Shown: piece by piece, positions 1 to 13,559 of the stretch
How positions within the stretch are numbered: the stretch's first letter is position 1
How the letters are laid out: the number at the start of each line of letters is the position of its first letter
DNA from: Psammoneis japonica
Lineage: Eukaryota
Reading direction: 5' to 3'
Length of the DNA stretch: 64,000 nt
Assembly: GCA_008632985.1 (NCBI GenBank)
Contig: QPGO01000089.1
Location: forward strand, 124,001 to 188,000
Program-made: the position numbers and the translations under genes
The notes under the pieces: model-generated
Database searches by the model: none
Told to the model about the DNA's origin: nothing
The model's input: only the letters and a program-made list of their open reading frames with translations

Positions 1-3000
1 GCCACAACGAAGAAGTAGGTGTAGCGGAAGATCGCCGTTTTCGTCGGTCCTCTTGGCCGACGCAAAGTTCTCCGCAAGAAGAGCCGTGATGACACCGATA
101 GAAGCATAATTACGACAAGCAATGTGAAGAGGAAGGCCTCCACCTGAGTTATTGGGAGGACGATACACCATCGTATAAGCACCTTCAGGAGACTTTGAGA
201 GCAAGAACTTAACCGTATCTACGGCGTCAAACTCAGCGGCAACATGAATAGGAAGGCGTCCCTTTTTATCGGTGTCGTTGATTCCCTCCTTGTAGGCACT
301 GTAGATAATCTCCAAGGCTGCCAAGTTGTCGTGGGCCGAAGCATGGTGGATGGGAAGAGCGCCCATATTATCTCTGTGGATAAGAGCTTTTGGATACAAA
401 ACGAGCACCATGTCGATTAGAAGAGTCCAAGCCCCGTTGTGTCGCGCAATCATATGAAGCGGTAGTTCTCCGCTCTTGGGTTCAGGGGCCTCTGATAGCT
501 CTGGATGCTTGTCCAGCACACTCTCAACCATCGCCCAGTTCTCTTCTTGAATGTGATGAAATAGCTCCTGTTGCATATCAGAAGAAACGGCAAGGGCGTC
601 CGTAGGAGTAGGAGGGGGCAACGAAGGCGTGATTTCGAGCTGAATCGGTTCGGGCGATTGGAACATTACGACCGGCGATCTGACTTTCTGTTTGACCTCC
701 TCTTCTTCCACGGCCTTAAGCAAAGCCTCACGTGTCCGACCACCCCGATAGATCGCTTGCATGGCAGTCACTGCCATCACAATATCTTGTTCTGTCATTG
801 AGTTGGATTCTTGCGCAATGAGCTGCATTCTGTGGTTTCTGTAGGAGCGCTGGATCTTAGTTGCAGCATTCGAACGCGTACTGACAATGCTATCCACAGA
901 CTTTCGCGCGGAATGCCCTCTCCATAATTTCTGCACCGTAGTCGCGGCACCATCCGTTCTCATCCGGCTCGCCCGCATGGCGGAAAGCTTCATGCGGAGG
1001 ATACTTTGAATCATAATAGCTGCTCCCTTCATCGTGAGGAAGTATGTGCGAACAATCTTGCCTCGAACAATCTTCTGAATCGCACTCGCAGCAAAGAAGA
1101 ATTTGTCCGACCTCAGCGCCTCGATTCTGTCAAACGCTTCACGTCGGAGAAACGCCTTTGTGCGTCCTAGCTGTAGACCAGCGACCGCACAACGGGAAGC
1201 AAAGTCCAGGGACAGAAATTCCTCTTCGGAGGTAGGACGAGCGACATTGTGCCCCTCTGTTTTACCTCCTCTCGAAGTTCTGCCGTTGCTGTCCCTTTTC
1301 TTTCGTTGCTTATCTTCTGGCGTCTTTACTGAACTTTCGACAACCAAGGAAAAGGCAGGACCTCGTGGACCTGTCATTTGCTTCGTTTGCTGATCGGATT
1401 GCCGCTGTTTAGAAGCGATAACGGAATGAAAATGTCAGCGACACGAATCGATTCAACCTATAATTCGAATATTCAAAAGTAACTTACATGAGCATATTTC
1501 GGAGACGACAAGAGAGTTTCTCTACGCTTCTCCTCCATCTCCAGAAGCGCAACAATGTGCTGATGGTCGGCTTCCCACAAATCAAATGCAATTTTCGAAA
1601 TGAGACGCTTGAGCTCGGACACTTGTTCGGTTTTGGACCGTGGCGAAAACATGGGAGACACAGGGCTAGTATCTTCAAAGTCACCAAGGATGTAGTATCG
1701 AGCCATAAACACATCGTGGGCGTATCGTGTTGGGTAGCCTGCACGACTTACACGGACAGCTTCCAGTACACCTCCACAACGAAGCTGTTCGACAATGTTT
1801 TTGGGTTCAAAGTAGTCCGGAACTAACTCATCGTTCGGTTTGAGGCAGCGAATGTAGTAGGGTACGGTAGTGTCAATCCTCGCACGAAGCGTACGCAACT
1901 GCTCGGAGAATTGGGCACCAACAGACTTGGTGGCAATTGTGCCGCGTCCCTCGCGATCTTCTGATCTGACATACTTTTGAATGTCCGAGATGAGGTGAAA
2001 GTCCGAAGACGTCAACAGGTCAGCGGAGGCAGCAGGAAGCTGGTCCTTGTTCTTTTCGAGCCATGAATCCGTCGTGTACTCTACGTAACCGGCGTAGTGT
2101 TCAATGCTAAACTTGTAGTCCACGCGTTGCGACGAAGTTGCGTGAAATCTAGGATGAGAATCGCACCGACCGTAAATATACCGAGTGAATTTCTGATCCG
2201 TACTCTTTGGAAGGATACATTGCTCATCAAGGAGAGCGAGAATACCCCTGTGCTTCTTGTCAATCAAATCAAGGACGTCCTGGTTGTCGGGGAACGAAAT
2301 GAACTTCCACAGGATTCCCTCCTTCTCGTATTCCACTTGTTCAATCTTATAGACAAACTTGTTGAACTGCTGCTGCAGAGTTTCGTTCGTGTAGTTGATA
2401 CAGAGCTGCTCGTAGTTATTAATGTCAAAGGTTTCAAAACCAAAAATATCAAGCACACCGATGGATGCTTCAGAACGCATGGACGGGTCCTCCTCGATAC
2501 TATCGTTCACTCGTTCGACAATATAGTCAAACGCCGCGCCATAGACGGCCTTGATCAGGGCCTCGCATGCCTTGGTCGATTCGTCAATATGAAGCGGCTT
2601 GTGCACAATCTCATTTCCAGCCAGACTACTCGGGTGGTTAGAGAGGCAGCGAGCCCCTCAACGCTCACACCCAAGAGCGCCGCAGTCTTCAAAGCAGCTT
2701 CTGTCTCATCCAAGGTGCAGGACTCTCCATCCTTAGAGGCGGTGAACGTAATGTTACCAGCAAAGAGGACAGCCATGACAAGGCGCATGAGAGCCTGAAC
2801 GGTTTCTGGTGAAAAGCCAATCGTAATCTGAATAAATAAGAGAGTTTTAGAAAAACAAATTAGTCGAGAAAAAAACGAAGAAAAGAAAAAACGTGACGAC
2901 GAAAACCACTCACCATTGCGTCAAGCATTTCTTGATGCGTCACTTCATCGCTCACACCGTCGCGGCGATCGTACGTCCCACTCTGATTAAGCAATTTGAA

Positions 3001-4239
3001 ATCTTCGAAGTGAAGGTTATCAATATAGAATTGCTCCCTTTCCGCCTTGGTAGCGCTGGAGAGAAACTGATAAAAGACGTGGTAGTTCCGTTCTCCTGCT
3101 GCTTGATGGATGAGTCGAACCTTTTCCAATAGATAAGTTTCAATTGAAGCGCCAGACAGCTTTCCAGACCTTGTGAAGCTAATGTCAATATATTTTTCAA
3201 AGCGGGAAGAGTTGTCGTTGCGGATCGTCCTTGCATTTCCAAAGGATTCAAGAATCGGGTTGCTCTGCAACACTTCCTGTTCGATACTGACGTCTTCGGC
3301 AGCACCCTTGGGAGACTTACGGGGCGAAGAGCTTTGCATTTCAGCTCGCTTGCGTGAAAGCATGGCAAAGTAGTTCATGACAATCTTGGTCGTGACCGTC
3401 TTTCCCGCACCACTCTCCCCAGAAACCAAAATACTCTGGTTGGTCGGATTGTCTAGGAGGGCAACTCGACCCTTGCCTCTTGATACCTGACGTGACTGTC
3501 CCATCAGTGCAGAGTTCTCAAGTCCCCTTGTCATTGCACGGTATGCATCATCGGCAGTCTGGTATACGTGTGGTGGAAGCCTTTGATGAGACACATCTCT
3601 TCTACTGGGACGACGCTTGAAAGGCGTAACCATCCCGTCGACCCCGTTCTCGGTGTTAGCTCCGACCCCCTTCTCCCCCTGAATTCTATAGCGATCCATC
3701 ATTTCAGACGAATGAAGACCCATTGGTTTGAACGGGTTGACCGCAATCAGGATGGGACCTGTGGCTGTGTAGATAATATCCGCATCGTACCTGAGTCGTA
3801 GGGCGTGCAGAATAGCAGGTTCGTGTAAATGCGTTAGCCCAATCAAATCGTCGACTCCTCCAACCACTGATTCGTCTACTTTGTTGGAAGGACTCGCAAT
3901 AACTCCCGCTTCTGGGTCCTCTCCCGCCAGATGGAAGCTCGTAGGCAAATTTCTCAGCTTAATGTCGTCGTGATCTGCAGTTTTGAGCTGTTCTGGATCC
4001 ACCGTCACCACCACTTCGAACTGGTCTCGCTCATCGTAGTAACTCGAGCGCTGTCGAGCAATACTCGGTCTAGAAGGAGTCATACCCATTGTCATCTCAA
4101 TGTTTGGGTCGTCCCTAAGGGTCAGGTTAAACATATCAACTCCCTGCACCGCAACTGGTGTTTTATCCGTAATAACAGCCGGCACCCATCCCCAGTGAGA
4201 TCCGTCAGAGCGGAGCCATACGTGCGCTCCCACCTCCAT
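1..4239 (-). CDS. Myosin heavy chain (motor domain, several IQ motifs, C-terminal ankyrin repeats), truncated at the window start; one apparent frameshift, so possibly a pseudogene or an assembly error
   Basis: P-loop GESGAGKT, LESFGNARTIRNDNSSRF, DIFGFE, YIRCLKPN, IQ motifs (IQKIVRG, IQSILR, VQKLWRG, IQRSYR) and ankyrin LPIH/LPLH repeats near 1-400. ATG at 4239. GT-AG introns at about 2828-2913 and 1405-1487. Frameshift near 2626. Confidence 0.93.
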
Positions 4240-5137
4240 GGTTGACACCTTAGTTTGCTATCTGGTCGTGTAGCAGAGCGAGTAAGCAAGAGACTAATGA
4301 GTATGGTGGGTTGAATAATAATCAATGCAATCGGTCGACTTGAAGTCGCATCACACTGCAATCGATCGATCGCGACAAACGAAAGGGCCTGGAACAAAGT
4401 ACCCAACAACATGCCACAGAGGTCACAAATCACAGTGTGCTCACCAGGGGATCTTTTAGAGGTAGTTCTGAGTCATCCTACCAAATTTTATGGCCCCAAG
4501 TGTCACCAGTGGTTCTTTGTATCAACGCATCCAAGGGTGGGCGAGGAGCCCGGCAACGCAAGCTTCCGCCTTTCCATTTTACCCAGTGCAAAGCCTAAAC
4601 TGGTCGGTACACTACCAAGATCTTCCAAAAAGCATGGGTGATGTCATGTTTTGACAATGAAGAGAATGTGGTTGTAGAGTAGGAAGAAAGGGTCGTCACA
4701 CCGTAGACCAGATAGACACCTGCACACATGAACTAGACACACAAAAAATCGCTCGTGAGACATGCGATTTTAGTCAAAACAAAGCCAAAACTCTCCAACA
4801 TACTCACAGGCTTATCATATTTTGACTATGATAAGATTGTCTGACAAATGCCAACGTCATAAGTGTCCTCCAGGCTCCATCGCGTCGTTTTGTTCCCAAG
4901 GCATGCATGCACTTTTCCAAAAATTTTGACGGCCGAAAAACGACATGCCGTGATTACGAGCCGACCAAGACCCCGAGAACCACATCAAGCATGTCACATA
5001 TCCAGCATAACATTCATAATGGGCACACCACAGGATGTAGAGTGAGATGAAGAGTAAGGCTCCCAAACGGATACGCTGCAGTGGTGCAAACGACGTGAAA
5101 AGACACCAATGTTGCAGAAGCGATAATCGAGCAAATC

Positions 5138-6540
5138 GACGATCAATCGACCTTACAAGCTGTAACAAAAAGCAACAATGATCTTTAGTGAATAAGAAAA
5201 CGATATAAAATGATAAGACACAAAGAGAACTTACCGTCGCAACGTTGTCGACCGTAATCACTGTCTCGGGTGAAGCCGAAGGAGAAGTTGAGATTCGGTC
5301 CGATGGGTGCGGCATCCGACGCAAATGGCGGATGAGTTCTACCACCATGACTTTCTTCTTCACTTCTCTCTCACATGCTATAAAAGCGACAAGTCTCCAA
5401 GGTCGCTACACCTCTCGATCATCGACACTCTTTCGTACGTACAAGTAGTGTTTTTATGAGAGCTTGTTATCACGCACGATTGAAATCTTTCGCCAAATCG
5501 ACCGACCGTACGAGACGATCAATCGACCTTACAAGCTGTAACAAAAAGCAACAATGATCTTTAGTGAACAAGAAAACGATATAAAATGATAAGACACAAA
5601 GAGAACTTACCGTCGCAACGTTGTCGACCGTAATCACTGTCTCGGGTGAAGCCGAAGGAGAAGTTGAGATTCGGTCCGATGGGTGCGACATCCGTTGCGC
5701 AGATGGTACGGACACGTTCTACCACCATGACTTTCTTCTTCACTTCTCTCTCACATGCTATAAAAGCGACAAGTCTCCAAGGTCGCTACACTTCTCGATC
5801 ATCGACACTCTTTCGTACGTAGTGTTATTATGAGAGCTTGTTATCACGCACGATTGAAATCTTTCGCCAAATCGACCGACCGTACGAGACGATCAATCGA
5901 CCTTACAAGCTGTAACAAAAAGCAACAATGATCTTTAGTGAACAAGAAAACGATATAAAATGATAAGACACAAAGAGAACTTACCGTCGCAACGTTGTCG
6001 ACCGTAATCACTGTCTCGGGTGAAGCCGAAGGAGAAGTTGAGATTCGGTCCGATGGGTGCGACATCCGTTGCGCAGATGGTACGGACACGTTCTACCACC
6101 ATGACTTTCTTCTTCACTTCTCTCTCACATGCTATAAAAGCGACAAGTCTCCAAGGTCGCTACACCTCTCGATCATCGACACTCTTTCGTACGTAGTGTT
6201 ATTATGAGAGCTTGTTATCACGCACGATTGAAATCTTTCGCCAAATCGACCGACCGTACGAGACGATCAATCGACCTTACAAGCTGTAACAAAAAGCAAC
6301 AATGATCTTTAGTGAACAAGAAAACGATATAAAATGATAAGACACAAAGAGAACTTACCGTCGCAACGTTGTCGACCGTAATCACTGTCTCGGGTGAAGC
6401 CGAAGGAGAAGTTGAGATTCGGTCCGATGGGTGCGACATCCGTTGCGCAGATGGTACGGACACGTTCTACCACCATGACTTTCTTCTTCACTTCTCTCTC
6501 ACATGCTATAAAAGCGACAAGTCTCCAAGGTCGCTGCACC
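5138..6540. repeat. Tandem array of about 3.7 near-identical 374-376 bp units
   Basis: Anchor gatcaatcgaccttacaagc at 5141, 5517, 5891 and 6265; identical repeated ORFs in the track. Confidence 0.97.
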
Positions 6541-8199
6541 CATCATTGCGATGTCATTGCCATTCTCGATCATCGACACTCTTACTCTCTTTCGTGTGAT
6601 TATGACGACAGAAATCGCTTTCGCCAAAAATCGGAAACGGTTGGATAGTTTTTAGTTTTGTACAGAAAATGCGATAGTAATGCTGTACGTAGAATCAATA
6701 CCATGACCTAGTATGTAGAACATCGGAAGGACGAGCAGACGAGCCGTGCGCAGACGTAGATAGACAAGCCGCACGGAAACATTCAACATGTGACGAAGAT
6801 CTCACGCGGACAAAAAGGCAAAGAGAGCAGAATTTGATCCCTTCGAATGGATCCGATCGCGCAGAAAGATGTCGGATGTCGCATCAGCGCCGGCCATAAA
6901 ACATGACACCCAACTGCCGCTGATGGCCGACGGCTTTTGAGATCTTAGGGCTACACAACACTTCCCGTATTCGCTGGGCTGGTAAATCTCTCTCCTCAAG
7001 AAGACTGACTCCTGTTTGCCCCAATCTCACCACTGTGATTGCTGAATTAGGACAAAGCCAATGAGGCTGCTGTGCAGGGCCCCATTGGAAGGTTGTTGCT
7101 GGGGCTGACACAATGGTGACACAGGAAGAAGCTGCCATGAGAAAAATGGTTTCCAGCAAAGGGCTCTCTCATTCTGATGAAATGCTTGCTTTGGAGTTGC
7201 ACAAAAAAGTTGTTGCCAGAAAGCACACAAGACCATCAATCAGAAGAAAGTCTTGACCTCAAACACCCCACAAGGGAAAGCATCAAGCAACACAAGGAAA
7301 AGCTTTGACTCACTGATTTGTTTGCTGAGGCTGCAAGCATGACCCATCAAGAGGAAACCATCTCAAGTTGTTGTTGACAATGTGGTGTCCAGCACAGACT
7401 TTGATGCAGACCAGTCTGATGTGCACATCAAGCTGTTGTCAGGGGAGGACATCATGCCCAAAGAAAAGGAGTTTTTGTCACTGGCCTTTCAGCACATTGT
7501 TGCAGACAGAGGCTTGGAGAAGCCAGAAAAGAAGCGGCAGTTTGGAAAATGACCAAGAGACAAAATCTTGCTCATGAAAAGACCAAGAAAAAATCAAGGC
7601 AGCTGCTGCTTTGCCAGATTTTTGTCTTGAACAATGACTTGCAGCTCAACAGCAAGGAAGCTTTTGTCTGATTGGTGGCCAGTCAGGATCTTGCTTTGGA
7701 AGAGGAGGCTCTTGCCAAGTCTGCAAGCCAACAAATTTCATTGAGCATGGGCTTGGCACAAGAAAGAAGATGCAGCGCAGAAGGTGGTCTCAGGGGATGC
7801 TGTTTCTGATGAGGAAGTCCAGCTGCTTTTTTGGGCATGCCAGAAAAAGTCCAAATCCAGCCAAAATGTGCTTGGCAAGTCTCATGACAAGACTGAGAGG
7901 TGACAGACATTGAGACAGGAGAGGTTGCTGTGATGATGCTTCTGAGAGTGCAGGCAGAAAAATCAACGACAGCAAGAAGGAACAAGGCTCCCATGCAGAA
8001 AATGGTGTGTGGCAAAGAGCTCTCAACAGAAGACACTTTAGACAGCTGCTGGTGCAATGCAAGCCACAAACTCTCTCTCCAACACAAATGAGCCCACAAA
8101 CAAAATGAAGTTTGGGACAGAGTCTGGCTTCAGTTGCTGTTCTGACAAGAGCCAAGAAGAGGACTTCTTTGATGCCATTTGAAAGCTCACTGTCACTTC

Positions 8200-9320
8200 A
8201 AATCAGGAGAGCAGACTTGGACTTCCAAACTCTGCAAAGTGAGAGGATCCCATGGTGGTGCCAGCCAACCTGACAACTGCAAACTGAGGACATTGGTGGT
8301 CTCTGGGGACCCCAGATGACAGTTTGAGAACTGTGGCTGAGCATTGCAAGGTTGATCTCATGGTTTTGGGAAACCATGTCACCTTGTCACCAACAGCAGC
8401 AGACCCAAACTTCCAAAACTCTGGAGTGCAGGCATCCCATGGCAATTCCTTCCAACCCAACAACAGCCAGCAGAGGGCACTGGCAGCATCTGGTGGGCCC
8501 AGGGTGAGACTTCAAGAGCTGTTGTTGAGCATTGTGAGGTTGATCTTGTGGTGTTGTGCCTCAGGGTCACATTGTCCCCAACAGGAGCAGACTTGACTTT
8601 GCCTGCTCCTGAGTGCAAGGATCCCATGATGGCACCAACCAACCTGACAACTGCCAGCAGAGGGCATTGGTGGTCTTTGATGGACCCCAGGTGAGACTTC
8701 AAGAACTGTTGTTGGGCATTGCAAGGTTGATCTTGTGGCACTGTGACCATGTGCAAAGTTGTGCCCAACAACAGCAACCTTGAATTCCCAAAGTCCTGAG
8801 TGAAGGGACCCCACGACTGCTTCAACCAACCCAACAACTTCAAGCTGAGAACACTGGCACTGTCTGGTGGTGCACCCCAGGTGTGACTTGAAGAGCTGTT
8901 GTTGTTCAGCATTGCAGGATTGCTCTTGTGAGTTTTGGCCCCTGTCACATTGTGCCCTCAACAGCAGCAGACTTCAACTTCCACAAAGTTTGCACCAAAA
9001 GGACTCCATGATGTCACCAACCATGCTGCCAGCAGAGGGCACTGGCAGCATCTCACAACCCGGGGCAAGACTTGGAAAGTTGTTGTTGGGCATTGCAAGG
9101 TTGATCTTGTGGTGTTGTGGCCCCATCATGTCACCTTGCCCCCATCAGGAGCAGACTTGAGCTCTCAAACTCCCATGTGCTGCAAGGACCCCATGTTGGC
9201 ACTGACCAACCCACCAGCTGCCAGCAGAGGGCACTGGCAGCATCTGGCAGACCAGGGGCAAGATTTCAATGTTTCAAGAACTGTTGTTGTGCGCTGCAAG
9301 GTTGACCTTGATGTGAGAAT
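8200..9320. repeat. Degenerate tandem repeat, about 190-bp unit, about 6 copies
   Basis: Motif gcattg(ca/tg)agg recurs near 8341, 8529, 8717, 8909, 9090 and 9291; gccagcagagggca(c/t)tgg recurs between them. Confidence 0.85.
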
Positions 9321-9499
9321 TAAGAGACCTTTTTTTCAATCCAGCAGTGCTGGACAAAGCCAAGATCACATGAGCCAAGCCTGCTGCAGCTCCTTGACCC
9401 TTGATGCATCCACCCAAACAGAGCTGGAGCTGGCATGTTGTGCTGCAACTGTCAATTTAAACCTTGGGGGGAAATGGCGCACATGCCACACCTGGTCCT

Positions 9500-11060
9500 T
9501 CTGATGATGACAGTGTGGTGGATCTGACTGTGTTGAAGAGAGAATCAAATGCAGACATGGAAGAGGAGAATCAGATTTCTGCAATCAAGAGAGACTGTTG
9601 GGAAGCAAAGGAGGTGACAAAAAAGCCAAGGAAGTTCCAAGTGGCGCAGTTGACTCAACCAAACAAAACAATTTGATGCATGTCAAACTCACGTCAGAGT
9701 TAAAAGCTGATGAGCACAAGGATCTGCTGAAGGCATTGGTCAAACAAGTGGGGCGGAATGTTTGAAAAACACACAAAGCAAACCGGAAAAAGGCAGCCAC
9801 ATTGTGGCTTGAGTCTGCCCCCCCCCCCCCCTGCCTCCAGACCACACATTGTGCTAAACAAGAAACAACTGCTGAAGGTGTGTGTGCCCAAGACTGCCAC
9901 TTTTCATGTCACTGCACACTGCACTGCAGATCTCATGCAGGTGCACCAACGTGCCCCAACTCTGTGCTGACCAAGGCAAAATGCCAAGAAAGCATCAACT
10001 GTGCAGCGCTGCATGGACTGCAACACCTTTGTGAATGCCCTGGCTGGCTGGAAGAAGGTGCCAGGGAAGAGATCACCATTGCCTCTCTCACCCAGCCAAA
10101 AATTGCTCCTTTCATTGCTGTGCGCTCAAACTGTCTCAAGAATGGATCTGGCATCCTGACTTGCCTGTGAACAATTTTTGGTCTGCGCTCCCAGTTGGCA
10201 GCAAATTGCCCCAAGCTTCAGCAGCAAGAAGCCACTGTGCCTTGCACATCTGCAAGTGCTGCACATCCGCACATTGTTCACTCCCACTGATGTCAAACAG
10301 CATGGAAGTGTGAACATTTTCCAAAAATGGACAAACCAACAGAGATCTGCTCTGTTGGAAGCTGTTGTCTGTGGCTCTCCAATGTGAGTGCCTTGCCCCA
10401 GGCTGCAACAGATCTCTCATGAGAGAAACAATTGAGCTCCGTCAATGGCACAGCACCACATTGTGGTGGTGAGGAGCAAAAAGTGGAGGATGCAAGTGTT
10501 GAAGTTGTTCTCACTGATTGCAGGGTGCTGATGCAGCCAGGAATGAAAATGCTGTTGTGGAGACAGACCTCCCTTTCATCACAGCATGGTTGCTGACACA
10601 ACACCACAAAAGCACACAGACAGAGCTGTCGCCACAGGAGCTGCAAATGAGTGGCTGTGCAAATGCAACAAACTCATGGCAGCAAGACAAGAACTTGTTG
10701 CACAACAGGACTCAGACAATGCAAGAAATGCAAAAGGGAGGGTGTGTCATGTGCAAAACAAAGACAGCCAACTGCCACATGGGGTGTCACATGAGTTGCT
10801 GCAATGACTCCTTCACAATGAAGGAAACAGTGTGCAGGAGTTTGCTGTGGGTCCCATCCTTTGCCATTTGCAGCTGCGCCAAACAATGCATCCAGCCCAG
10901 TTGCACGTGGGTTCTCCACACCAAACTTTGGCACCAAAACAGAAAGAGAAGAAGTTCATGGCACCACAAAGCCAATGACTGTGCGTCCATTCTAGATGCT
11001 TGCTTCACTCAAGAGCACCGCGCAGCTCTGCACCCAGACGCACAACAGCACCACAATGAT
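9500..11060 (+). pseudogene. Degenerate DNA-transposase-like remnant ending in a Cys-rich motif (possibly piggyBac-like)
   Basis: Fragmented frames ending in CVMCKTKTANCHMGCHMSCC, reminiscent of a C-terminal CxxC zinc finger. The superfamily is not established. Confidence 0.3.
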
Positions 11061-11343
11061 TCTGAAAACAAGCAAACACACACAGCACCAGTTTTTTAAT
11101 TCAATGCAAACCCATCAAGAGTGTTGTCTTTTGCAGTTGGCTGCCTTTGCTTGGTGCAACCCCTTTGCACTTTCGCTGAATTTTGGTCAGTTGCCACACA
11201 AGGTTTGTGTGGCACTGCTGCGGACATGTGAAAAACTGCTTTGGAGTCACATGTTGATGAGGATGACCAACAATGTACAAATTTTTAGGCAATTCAATGC
11301 ACAAATTTTTGGGCAATTGTTTGGAAAAACTCAAAATTGCCGC

Positions 11344-11603
11344 GGCCTGTTCCAGCTCCAGGTGCTCTGCTTTTCATCACGCGAGAGGCCGATTTTCTGC
11401 GCAGTTTGGCGCAATTGGCTCCTTCAATTTTGATCGTTTCGAAAATCGAAAGGTGAGTGTACACCCAAAAATACATGTAAAGTGCACACTTGCCCTTCGA
11501 TTTGGCAAAAAACGGATTTGGAAAAAGTTAGTTGCGCTAAATGCACAAGTTTCCAAATGATGGGAATCGAACCCGCGCAGAGCACCTGGAGCTGGAACAG
11601 GCC
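11344..11603. mobile_element. MITE, 260 bp, perfect 27-bp TIRs, candidate 4-bp TSD CCGC
   Basis: ggcctgttccagctccaggtgctctgc at 11344-11370 and its reverse complement at 11577-11603; ccgc at 11340-11343 and 11604-11607. Confidence 0.8.
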
Positions 11604-13559
11604 CCGCGTCAACTGTGCGACCCAACCATCACAAAACACAGCCATCAAGTGTGATGACAGCCCCGCCAGTCAAGCCAGTGCAATGCTGTGTGACAAGACA
11701 TGCAATGTGCAACAAATGCAAAAATCATGAGAGGCATCAGAGCAACAGAGGCAGCGCAACTCTGCAACAATGGAGAAAGCACTGTTGCAGAAGATGATTG
11801 CAAGAACAAACAGATTTCATGCACAAGCTCTCTGAGGGTTTCTGTGCAATGCACAGATTTCACACCAGCAGCCTCCTCACAGGGTGATCTCATTCGCTGC
11901 CCCCAACAAACTCTTTCGCAGACACAAAATGTTTTTCACAACAATGACCAGCTTGATGGAGACAGGTTTTGGAGGCAGGTTCGCACGGTCCTTCATGGCT
12001 CATGGCTGCAATCAGGAAGGCCACCACACCACCCACAACTTGCTTCAACCAGAGACATTTCACTCAGCCCTCTGACCCAGTTGCTGCCCACCACCAAGGG
12101 CATCCAATGGTTTTGTCATCTGGTGGCTCCACACCATGGGGCTTGTGGGCATGTCATCATTTCCCTTGTCTGGCTGTGCTCCAGCCATGCTGGGGGCAGG
12201 GTCGGATGGTCGAGGAGCACGAGAGCAAAAGTGAGCTGCAACATTGTCAGCACAGCCCTTCTGAGTTGCACTGCAAACAGGATGAAGTTGGAGAGTGGCT
12301 CACGTGTCCTGCCCTCTCGCTTTTGTTGTTGTTGTGATGATGCTTTTTGACCTCGCTGTCCCTCGTCCGGCAGCCGAACCCGGAAACCTCGCAAGGCGTT
12401 GTTTCGTCGCAACGCTTTGCTGCCATGCCATTGCCCATTGCCAATGGTAGACTTGAGCAGGCCTGACGCTGTGTCTCACTCGCGATTGCTCATGATCGCG
12501 ACGACACAGCACCGCTTTGCCTTGCACTCTAGAGAGCAGACTCTAGAAGTGGCGGGAGTGTCCATCGAGGGCTTGCAGTGCACCAATGTAAAGCAACCCA
12601 TCGCCCTGCGAAACCATGAGCTCAGCATCATCTGCGCTTGTCCGGGGGATGATCCCATCGTTGCCATGAAGTCAAGCCTTCCAAAGCACGAGAAGTGTTT
12701 TCGCAAGGATGGCATGATGTCTGGGCACCTCAAACCTTTCCCGGACTTTTCTTTTCTCCCATGCGAGACTTTGTTCTTGATCCGACCCTTTGCCATCTCT
12801 GCCACTTTTGCTTCCCTCTTGGGAGAACAAAGCGATGCCATTGCTGCCCATGTGTTTCATGCCATGCTGGCACCAGCACGGCTTGTTTGCAACAAGAAGG
12901 TTGACAAAAATGACAACAACGAAGACGGAGTGCGAAGCACGGCGAGGAACTCAATCATGCATGTTGGGCCTTCCTCAAAGACTCCAAAGTTCACGCCTCC
13001 GTCTGACATGCAAAGTGCTTTTGTTGGCACCATTGCCTTGACGTGCAGCACCATTTCAGATGTTGCATCACATCGGCTGTGATGATGCCGAAGCAAATGA
13101 AAAAATGGTTCGAAGCCATGACGCAACTTGAAGCTTGCCCATTTGGATGCATGTGGTGTGGGAGATGAGGTTGAAGGTGAGCCAAGACAATGCATGGACA
13201 ACAGAAGCTGACTCATTCCCGCTTTTTCAATTTTCAGGCCCTCATGAAACCCATGTTGCAAGGGCGTTTGCCAGATGACATGAAGATCTTGAATGACATC
13301 CAGGAGAAGAATGACGCTGATCGTTGCGAGAAGGCTCGGCCTTGCAATGTCAGCAACATTGATGAAGAAGCCAAAGAAGGAAATCAACACAAGAGGTTCA
13401 CTGCAGCAGGCAAGGCGTGGACGCATGCACATCTTCAATTGTGCTTGTCTGGCTTTTGTTTGACTCACTCAACCATCTCCAAAACTCCTGGATGTTGCCA
13501 GTTCATGGAACCGAAATGATTCGGAGCGCCATTGCGAAGTGGTCGACCCAGAAGATTAA

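Noticed and set aside
5138..6540. CRISPR array or rDNA/5S repeat
   Set aside because: Whole units are repeated with no unique spacers, and no rRNA similarity was recognised; eukaryotic context.
11562..11574. tRNA gene or SINE (minus-strand GGGTTCGATTCCC B-box-like motif)
   Set aside because: No cloverleaf or convincing A-box could be built; the motif lies inside a TIR-bounded element.
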